From: Didymodactylos carnosus | Lineage: Eukaryota | Assembly: GCA_905250885.1 (NCBI GenBank) | Contig: CAJNOQ010005477.1 | Location: 1 to 15,249 of the forward strand | Length of the DNA: 15,249 nt | Reading direction: 5' to 3' | Shown: positions 8,420 to 15,249 of the stretch, piece by piece | How positions within the stretch are numbered: the stretch's first letter is position 1 | Layout of the letters: each line of letters starts with the position of its first letter | The notes under the pieces: generated by a model | The model's input: only the letters and a program-made list of their open reading frames with translations | Told to the model about the DNA's origin: nothing | Database searches by the model: none | Program-made: the position numbers and the translations under genes

Positions 8420-9992
8420 TTAAATCAGTATATTCTCTACTTACCAAAACATCTGGCAAGGCTTCAATTATCCGTTACTGAATATAAACAACAGCTCTCC
8501 AATTTTTCTAACTAAAGGAGGAAACTTATTTTAACTATGACTGTTCTTTAGTATTATTTCTTACTTAAAAAAAAGTTATAGTTTTTAATCTGTTTCGGTC
8601 TTCTGTTGTAGTTAGTGCGTTCGGTACTATAAAAAACCATTCGATTGTCTTTGTTCGTGTAGGTGTCGTAACCAAGTACCTTTTCCACCGGTTTTTGGGA
8701 TGTTTCACGTTTAGACTTCAACTCTGCCAATGTCAATTCCTCTTCGCCTGACATTTTTGATGACTTCAAACCTTTTGGTTCAAACCGCTCTAGAAAGGCC
8801 TATAGGTCCGTCTCATATGGATATTCGGGATCAGCGTGGTCGATAACCTATAACTCACTCGGTTTGGTGAAAAAAGCGATTGATCAGTTAGGTATGTTCC
8901 CTCGTAAGTAAACTTCAAAAAACGGATTTTCAGAGACCCTTTCCAGAGTCATATGTGAATCCTCCAAAAACGACTTTCAGGCATCAGTAGTATTGGGTTC
9001 ATAGATTACAACGGCATTATAGATCCAACATTTGGAACACTATTGGACGAGAGAATCGCCTGGAAAGTAGGCGCTTTTTCTTTTTCTGTCGACTTTCGAG
9101 CTCAACCATGCATCATCCAAGAGACTTGTACGGATCAATTTCATAAATTATAGTACAGTTATACTTGTATAACGGATAGAAGTAACACTCAATACAATAA
9201 GAAAGCTTTTAGGTTAAAAGAAATTACGCCAAAGTGTTCGTCTCACCAAAACTTTACCATCTTGTGCGCATATGTTCGCACATATGTAAAACTTATTTTT
9301 GCATATACTCTTAGTCACAGATACTATTCGACCTCGACTACATATGCTGCAAATACGAGCTCTTAATCAATTTCCTAGACCAAGATATAAACATCAGAAG
9401 TTTAACTTTTATACAAGTATCGTTTTAGGCTATTTTTAGAGCTTTTACGAAAAGCTGTATAACTTTTTAAGGAAGTAAGTCCGAACGAAAAAATTTTGGG
9501 AATCTTCCTATATATGTTGCTTCTATTTACGGTAAAATCTTGAGTCAAAAGCTCAAATATCGATTGAACAACTGGTACGCAAAAAAGCTGTCTAACTCGT
9601 GGAATTACTCTTAAGAACATTGCTTTACAAACGCACTATGACCAAATACTTGATGACAATTTTGCAAACGTCATTAAAGGACATTTCTGGTGACAGATAC
9701 TTGGGATGGATGTAGTCATCCCTTGGGGCGATGAGAGTGTTATGATCCAGCTCCCTTACTAGCTGAATCATTGCCATTTTTCTTGTGTATTCCTTATTTC
9801 GTTGCTGTTCACTATTTTTCGTTTTACTTTTCAGATCTCGATTCAAAAATACAAAGAGAGAGCAAAAGAGACGTATTTCCATAGTAAAATAAATGCAAAC
9901 TAGAAATAAATATGAAAACAAGGCAAAAACGCACATAATATATCTGTATATTGAATATATATTTGTTGTATATATTCACTATCATTTTCAAA

Positions 9993-10484
9993 TCAACCTT
10001 TGATAACACGTTTTTTTGGTGTTATATCAACTCCATCGCCTAACAAATTTTGTCCAAAACTCATAAGATTTATCGGACTGCGACCATCTGTAATTAATGT
10101 CGATTGTAAACCAAGTGCTTGTAACAGTTTTACTTGTGTCTCTGGACCGGATGTGGCAATAGCTTGAATTGTTTCTGCACCAATGGCTTCTACCTGTCGT
10201 CGAAATTTTTCGATTTCTATTTGTGATAAGTGTTGTTTTTTATTTATTTCATGCTCATTTTGTTGTTTTAAAAATTTAATTTCTGCTTCATGCAATACTT
10301 TCAAACGTTCCAATTCAGCTTCGGCTTCGATTCTTGATGCTTCAGCTTTTAATCGCGCTTGTTCAACGGTTGATTCGCCCTCAATACGTGCTGATTCTGC
10401 ACGACTTTGAGCGTCAGCTTTTGCATGACCTGTACTCTCGACGGCTGCCGATATTGCTTGTAATTCCAACAGAGCTCTACGAAT
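9993..10484 (-). CDS. MVP: MVP exon 10 (terminal coding exon, 163 aa plus stop; coiled-coil cap-helix and C-terminus)
   Basis: Acceptor ..ttttattctgtgtaag|ATTCGT. Translation '[92 protein letters not shown]..' matches human '[92 protein letters not shown]'. The 'M' on the ORF track at 10469 is really a TTG Leu codon. Confidence 0.85.
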   Translation of the reverse strand: MRRALLELQAISAAVESTGHAKADAQSRAESARIEGESTVEQARLKAEASRIEAEAELERLKVLHEAEIKFLKQQNEHEINKKQHLSQIEIEKFRRQVEAIGAETIQAIATSGPETQVKLLQALGLQSTLITDGRSPINLMSFGQNLLGDGVDITPKKRVIKG

Positions 10485-13400
10485 CTTACACAGAATAAAA
10501 CGTTAGTTCTGTTGAGGCAAATCATTTGAATACCGATTTAAGGCGTCGCTAATTCAAAAGTTCTGCACATTTTTATTTTTGGCTTTCTTATACATCGTTC
10601 GATAGAGACTGTCACGCTGATTAGGAATATCACCTTTTTAGCCTTCTCAGTGCACGTTTTCATGAAGAGAAATTCGAAATACTCTGAGGGTCTCAACATC
10701 GGGAAAAACCTTCGTGTGTCGAAAAATTTAATCTCAATCTGATTCAAGATCTTACTTCATTCAAGACGGATTCGAATGATATATGTTTCGAAATTTTTCT
10801 TTGATTTTCACTTTTTGGTGGAAATCGCAGTGATTTTTCGATGTGAAAATTCAGAAAAAAATAGGTGGTTAGATAGGGTAAACAAGTATATCATTCGGCT
10901 CGGTTCTTGACGCTAACTCCGAATATGATGCTTTTCTTGCATAAAAAATGAGTTCTGATGGAGAAAACAGAGAATTACGGGCCGAACTCCGAGTTTTTCG
11001 CTCCTGATTCTCAGGAATGAAACAAATTTTCGAAAAAAGCGATCCGTATTTTTGTAGTATAAACCAAGGCCGATCGAATGGCGCAAGAACTGGAAGACCT
11101 TCGTTTTGGAGCTATGCTTGTAAATGAATTCTTTTGCAATCGTATTAAATATGGAAAAATTTCAGCATACATTTCCTAATTCAGTTTGAGTCCGAAAAAA
11201 ACGTTTGAAAGCTCATATACAAAGGAAAAAAATATTCAACTTTTCGAAACACTAAGGTTTTTCCCGATGTTGAAACTCTCAGAGTATTTCGAAGTTCTCT
11301 CCATGAAAACGTGCACTGGGAAGGCTAAAAAGATGATATTCCTAATCAGCGTGACAGTCTCTATCGAATGATGTATAAGAACTTTTGAATTAGCGACGCC
11401 TTACCCTGGTTATGAAAACTACCCAACTAATACAACCATAGCGTATAGTTATGATTGTCACTTCAAATATGATCAGCTCTCTTCAGCAATGTCTGCCTCA
11501 TAAACGAGAGTGAAGAGCACTTCCAAGTAGAGATGTGCAGGGTAACTGTTTACGGAGCCCTTCCCCGTGAAAAGGTGTTGAGCCCTGACCCTCTCCTGTG
11601 GCGACGCAGTCCTGACCCTACCCTTTGAAAATTTGAGAATTTTCTTTTTACAATTATTTCTTTATTTTTTTATTTGTTTTGTTATATTGCCAATTGCAAC
11701 AAAAATGAGTGTCCTGAATCCGATAAAGGTCGATCGATAAGTGTCGCTAGCGACCGACCTCAATGCTGTACCAACGGTATATCTTTTTAGACAAAGCCCT
11801 GGCCCTACGCTACCCTACCCTGCAGGGGTGGGTAGGGTAAAGACGCCCTGCACATCTCTACTTCCAAACCGCTTTATAATACGTACTTCTTCTGCTCCCG
11901 CCTCATCTTTAATTCGATGACGTTCTAATAAACCCTTTGCTTCCTGTTCACGTCTTGATGCTTCATGTTTTGCACTCGCTTCTTGACTCATTGTAGTTAT
12001 CTACAAGAAAAAACAAATAAGTATTCAAATTCGTGCAAAAAGAGACAACACTTACTTCAATGGCTAATTGTACACTCTTCTGCAAAGCGTCTCGAGTGCG
12101 TTGGTCAACTGGTTCAATAGATTGGATGTCAATGGATGTTAGTACTAAATTATTTTGTTGAAATACAAAACGATCACGTACACGAGGTTGAGACGTTGAT
12201 TGTTTGTCGGTAGATGTTGTCGTTTCCGGTACTAGTTCTACACCAAATACACTGGCACGAATGATGTTGGCTGAATTTTTATGAAAATCGTCAAACTGAA
12301 CGCCAGCAACAGCACCACGAATTCGACTAGCAATAGCTTTGGTTGCATCACCTGAACAGAGGCGGCAAAATCTAACAATTATTGAACATAGAAAAAACGG
12401 GTCAAATTACCAATAAAATCAGGTACACTGAATAATTTTGCCGCTTCTTTCTCATTAGTACGATCACTAATATCGAAAAACCAACTGAAATTAAAGAAAA
12501 CAGAATGATAACTGAGAGATGGTGTCTCTTCTGACAGACCTGTAAGACAACTGAAGTGATAATCTAGCATGATCTGCTGTTTCAATATCCATGATATCGG
12601 TAAAAAAATCTGGACCCAATAATAACGCTAATGATCGGATTTGGTTCGGCTTTTTCGGGACACATCCAGAGAGATTAATCAATGTAAATTGTTCATCAGG
12701 TCCCAGCATGACTAATTCAGGTCCAAAAACTATTCTTGAATGTTTAGCTTTGTAATCATAAACTTGCACAGCTGCATTATGCGGAACACGATATGTGACT
12801 AATTTGAATTTATCGCGTTTTTTCGGTTGTGGCGATGATGTTATTGGTGTTTTGACATCTGTATCACTTTTTCTAACGATTCTATCAGCTGAAGCATCTT
12901 TGTGTAGCAACTGTTCAATTTCTGGTGGCAATTCTTTATTCCATAGTTCTTCGACTTGGGTTAGCATGTATGTTGCACCAACAACCGCTCGAACACGACC
13001 AGTTTTAATATTACGAACATAGATACCTTCATTTTCATCTAGAGAAAGTATACAACAGATAAGTAATAGATCAAAGACAAAAAAGTAGCAGCCAACTTAC
13101 CTAAAGGTATCGCTTTTCTTCTCATTAACACTTCGACTTGTGTTGGTGGTATATAATCTCTTGGTCCTTTTATCATCCATCTGTCACCTTAAAAAATTCA
13201 AATTGTTCAAAAATCCACATACAATTGATAAATTTAATGTTTTTCTTGTTAGAAACTATTCATTGGCGATTTTATTACGCTAGAAAGGTAATTAAATTTT
13301 TTTGTCTTACCTGGCGTACGTGTCATTTTGTCTAGTTCATCATCAAATGATATGATACATTTCAATATAAGACCTTCATCTTCACCCAATATGTACACGT

Positions 13401-14586
13401 CTTGAACTCCTTTTTCTAACTGCTCACCAGGTTGCAGAAAAAATGATTTTTCACCAACAAGTAATTTTTTCTTACCCAGCTGGTTTTTACCATCAGCTTA
13501 AAAAGAAAAGAATCGTGCGTTATAACCCTTTCACAACTACACACTTAACGTTGTTACCTGAAACTGGATTTAGAATGACGCAGTATTGTCTTGAATTGAG
13601 TGTTGTTATATGAACATGTGCCACGAGTTGTTCATAAACATTTAAAATATGTGTTTCAGTTTGTTCTGTTGTCACAAGCCATTCATCTCCATTTTTTCGT
13701 GTTTGACCAAAATCATCCGTGAATGTTTTCAGTGCACGTAAATGCAAAGCTTTTTTATCTGTTAGAACATGGGCATTTTCGACGTTCACAACCGTTTCAT
13801 AAGCCAGTGGTAAGTAGGCACCCGACTTTTTCACCAACCAATTTTCACCGGTCACACGGTGTTCACCCATACGATCAATAATTTCTTTTTTAGCACTCAA
13901 GCGTATCGCTTGATTTGAAGTGATCACGGTAGCACAAATTTGTTCTTCAACCGATACTTCTTTGCGTGGTGTATAAGTGCCTAACAAATAAAGAAACTTA
14001 TACAATCGAAACGTACTACAACTCGGCACCTGCAACAATGACAGGTGAAGCTATTTACCTGGTCCTTCAAATAGCCATTCATCTCCAGCATTTCGTTGTT
14101 CTCCATTGCCATCAAAATCTAAAACAGCTTTTAATCTCAATGCTGAATTAGCTGCAACATGTTTTAATGGTGTGACAGACTAGAACAATGTAAACAGTTA
14201 CTATAGAAAATTAGCTTCAATAAGAGCCTTCCATGTACCTGTCTTAAAACTTCACCGGGATACAACGGAAATGGTTCTTTATAATCTTTTTCCAACCTGA
14301 TGTCTAAATCAGCATGTGATAATTTTGCTTGACCATTATCATCAAAGTATACTTGACCAATTTCGTTTCTCACAACGGGATTTTCAACAACACAATAGTG
14401 TCCTGATGGTACAGTGATCATTTTCTCTGGTCCAATACTAACTGTCTCATTGTCTAGCTTAACAAACGTTTTCGGACCAATTTCCAATCGTGTCACATTT
14501 GTATTTAGGTCTAATACGTGAATATAATAATATGGTGCGATGCGATAAACAGCATCTGTCTGGGGTGGTAAACTTTTAGAAGACAT
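9993..14586 (-). CDS. MVP: Major vault protein gene, 10 coding exons, 2640 nt, 879 aa; span runs from the ATG (14584-14586) to the stop codon (9993-9995)
   Basis: The six-frame ORFs on the minus strand at 14164..14586, 13520..14038, 12491..12967, 12379..12585 and 9993..10469 all align colinearly with vertebrate MVP. I translated the regions between them by hand, and they fill every gap with MVP-like sequence (e.g. exon 2 '..[28 protein letters not shown]', exon 4 '[27 protein letters not shown]..'). All junctions have GT donors and AG acceptors with conserved phase. The total CDS length is divisible by 3. Confidence 0.9.
10542..11400. mobile_element. Foldback-type element of about 860 bp in MVP intron 9: about 220-bp terminal inverted repeats (about 93% identity) around an about 410-bp core
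   Basis: 10542-10760 is the reverse complement of about 11175-11400 (e.g. 'ggcgtcgctaattcaaaagttct..cttatacatcgttcgatagagactgtcacgctgattaggaatatcacc..'). The mirrored six-frame ORFs 10538..10747(-) and 11186..11371(+) encode near-identical peptides, which is a direct consequence of the inverted repeat. The flanks are TTAA/TTAC-like. Confidence 0.6.
11526..11862. mobile_element. 337-bp short-TIR element in MVP intron 9 with a 4-bp TCCA direct duplication (11522-11525 and 11863-11866)
   Basis: Perfect 17-bp terminal inverted repeats 'AGTAGAGATGTGCAGGG' / 'CCCTGCACATCTCTACT'. The interior is GC-richer, with 'ccctaccctgcaggggtgggtaggg'-type palindromes. It ends 24 bp from the exon 9 donor site. 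Confidence 0.55.
11887..12000 (-). CDS. MVP: MVP exon 9 (114 nt, phase 0/0)
   Basis: Acceptor ..ttttttcttgtag|ATAACT and donor GAAGAA|gtacgt. Translation '[38 protein letters not shown]' matches human '[38 protein letters not shown]'. The donor choice is the only in-frame GT that joins cleanly to exon 10. Confidence 0.7.
12056..12351 (-). CDS. MVP: MVP exon 8 (296 nt)
   Basis: Acceptor ..tctgttcag|GTGATGC and donor GAA|gtaagt. Translation '(G)[63 protein letters not shown]' matches human '[64 protein letters not shown]'. Confidence 0.85.
12411..12484 (-). CDS. MVP: MVP exon 7 (74 nt)
   Basis: Acceptor ..aatttcag|TTGGTTT and donor ATTG|gtaatt. Translation '(S)[24 protein letters not shown](G)' matches human '[26 protein letters not shown]'. 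Confidence 0.8.
12540..13038 (-). CDS. MVP: MVP exon 6 (499 nt)
   Basis: Acceptor ..tttctctag|ATGAAAAT and donor TACAG|gtctgt. Translation '[96 protein letters not shown]' is a strong match to human MVP residues around 400-560. Confidence 0.85.
13101..13187 (-). CDS. MVP: MVP exon 5 (87 nt)
   Basis: Acceptor ..ttttttaag|GTGACAG and donor TTAG|gtaagt. Translation '(G)[28 protein letters not shown](D)' matches human '[30 protein letters not shown]'. Confidence 0.8.
13311..13496 (-). CDS. MVP: MVP exon 4 (186 nt)
   Basis: Acceptor ..tttttaag|CTGATGG and donor CCAG|gtaaga. Translation '(A)[61 protein letters not shown](G)' matches human '[47 protein letters not shown]..'. This exon is absent from the ORF track because it is shorter than 60 aa between stops. 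Confidence 0.8.
13558..13980 (-). CDS. MVP: MVP exon 3 (423 nt)
   Basis: Acceptor ..tttgttag|GCACTTAT and donor TCAG|gtaaca. Translation '(G)[77 protein letters not shown]' matches human '[42 protein letters not shown]..'. The six-frame ORF reads through into the intron before reaching a stop at 13520. Confidence 0.85.
14059..14179 (-). CDS. MVP: MVP exon 2 (121 nt, phase 0 start, ends with 1 nt of a Gly codon)
   Basis: Acceptor ..ttctag|TCTGTC and donor CCAG|gtaaat. Translation '[40 protein letters not shown](G)' matches human '[42 protein letters not shown]'. Confidence 0.85.
14239..14586 (-). CDS. MVP: MVP exon 1 (coding part), 116 aa from the initiator Met; donor CAG|gtacat
   Basis: '[53 protein letters not shown]' aligns with human '[47 protein letters not shown]'. 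A GT donor follows the CAG. Confidence 0.85.
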
Positions 14587-14786
14587 GCTATCGTCGGATT
14601 TTATTGCTAGAATAGGTGAACAAAATAAAAAATACCATCAAAAGGTTTCATTGAAGCAAAATGCATTTTTTGAGAAAGTACTATCACATTTTCCTTCAGC
14701 TATTAGTGGGAACGGATTCCAGTATAAAAAGAGGCACTCCTTGTCAAATTTTCGACAGTTTCAGAAAGGTATAGAGCACAGCTGAT

Positions 14787-14914
14787 CACCTGCATAGTAA
14801 ACTGCCTGCAAACTGCAGGCAGTGCAGGCTGGTTGCAGTTTGCAGGTGAGTAAAAAAAATTTCCACTAACGGCAGATAAAGAAGAATGTTTTCCTGCCTG
14901 CACTCCCTGCAGGG
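14787..14914. promoter_or_regulatory. Palindrome-rich CTGCAG-motif cluster 200-330 bp upstream of the MVP start codon; either a promoter-proximal structure or a small foldback repeat
   Basis: 'cacctgca..actgcctgcaaactgcaggcagt..ttgcagtttgcaggtg' contains a 10-bp-stem hairpin (14801-14823) and palindromic outer ends (14787-14794 / 14841-14848). A 10-bp perfect palindrome 'ccctgcaggg' sits at 14905-14914. Confidence 0.3.
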
Positions 14915-15249
14915 GAAAAGATTTTACCTGCATTCCCTGTAGGGAAAGACGTTTTTGCGTGGAGAATGAAAATAGAGAGGAGACAAAGGTAAATACTGAT
15001 CACACTGAAGGTTAGAATGATCTCTTAACGAAAAGAAACTAACTAACAGTTTTTTTTGTATATCTACTAGACACTTTAAGATGAAGGAGAGAAACGTTTT
15101 ATCCGTAATCGCTTATATCATCTGATATGTCATTTTCCTCTAATATAATGGCCTAGACCGCATCTGTGTAGAATTCTTATTTCTCTTTCTTAAATGAATA
15201 AAGTTTAAACTAAACTAAACGAAAAATATAGAATAAAGAAAAAGAATGA

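Noticed and set aside
9240-9275. 'gtgcgcatatgttcgcacatatg' near-tandem palindromic CATATG motif
   Set aside because: It is too short and imperfect to interpret, and is likely a chance repeat in AT-rich sequence.
10183-10410. Plus-strand ORF antisense to MVP exon 10. The same applies to 12795..13022(+), 13138..13335(+) and 13966..14151(+), which are antisense to or within MVP exons and introns.
   Set aside because: These are low-complexity antisense or intron read-throughs with no homology. The minus-strand MVP frames explain the region.
10538-11371. Six-frame ORFs 10538..10747(-) and 11186..11371(+) encoding near-identical peptides ('..[38 protein letters not shown]' / '..[38 protein letters not shown]')
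   Set aside because: They are mirror translations of the two arms of the intronic inverted repeat. The identity comes from the nucleotide-level IR, not from duplicated genes.
13520-13557. The tail of ORF 13520..14038 ('..[12 protein letters not shown]') taken as coding
   Set aside because: Homology ends at 'NPVS'. A GT donor at 13557/13556 and the continuation of MVP-like sequence in the next exon (acceptor at 13496) show this tail is intronic read-through.
14585-14933. ORFs 14585..14785(+) and 14703..14933(-) upstream of MVP
   Set aside because: They overlap the palindromic repeat cluster, are Cys/Gln-rich and low-complexity, and have no start context. They are likely non-coding promoter or 5' flank sequence.
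1-15249. A prokaryotic interpretation: operons, defence systems, CRISPR arrays
   Set aside because: I find no tightly packed co-oriented ORFs, no Shine-Dalgarno-spaced starts and no direct-repeat/spacer arrays. The only homologous gene is interrupted by nine GT-AG introns, so this is eukaryotic nuclear DNA.

Overview
This window is eukaryotic, not prokaryotic. It is about 65-68% AT, has no operon-like ORF packing, and its one clearly homologous gene is split by canonical GT-AG introns. That gene, on the minus strand at 9993..14586, is the major vault protein (MVP) gene. I reconstruct it as 10 coding exons, 2640 nt in total, encoding 879 aa, with homology to vertebrate MVP along the whole length. 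The N-terminus matches '..YYIHVLD..GPKT..' and the mid-section matches '..[32 protein letters not shown]..'. The C-terminal cap-helix region matches '..VESTG.AKA.A.SRAE.ARIEGE..' and ends '..[15 protein letters not shown]'. Every junction I propose has GT..AG boundaries and keeps the reading frame. The largest MVP intron (intron 9, about 1.4 kb) carries two nested inverted-repeat elements. The remaining roughly 10 kb (1..9990) is AT-rich sequence littered with small non-autonomous transposon-like elements: two with TTAA target duplications, one with TA, one palindromic element with an 8-bp duplication, and several direct repeats. It also holds decayed transposase or endonuclease-like ORF fragments and one well-formed intronless 119-codon ORF of unknown function (2812..3171) bracketed by about 53-bp direct repeats. 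The repeat landscape and protein divergence are compatible with an invertebrate metazoan, possibly a flatworm-like genome, but I cannot confirm the taxon from sequence alone. I see no CRISPR array, rRNA, tRNA or bacterial defence system. The most noteworthy points are the MVP gene architecture, the transposon-laden intron 9, and the repeat-flanked orphan ORF.
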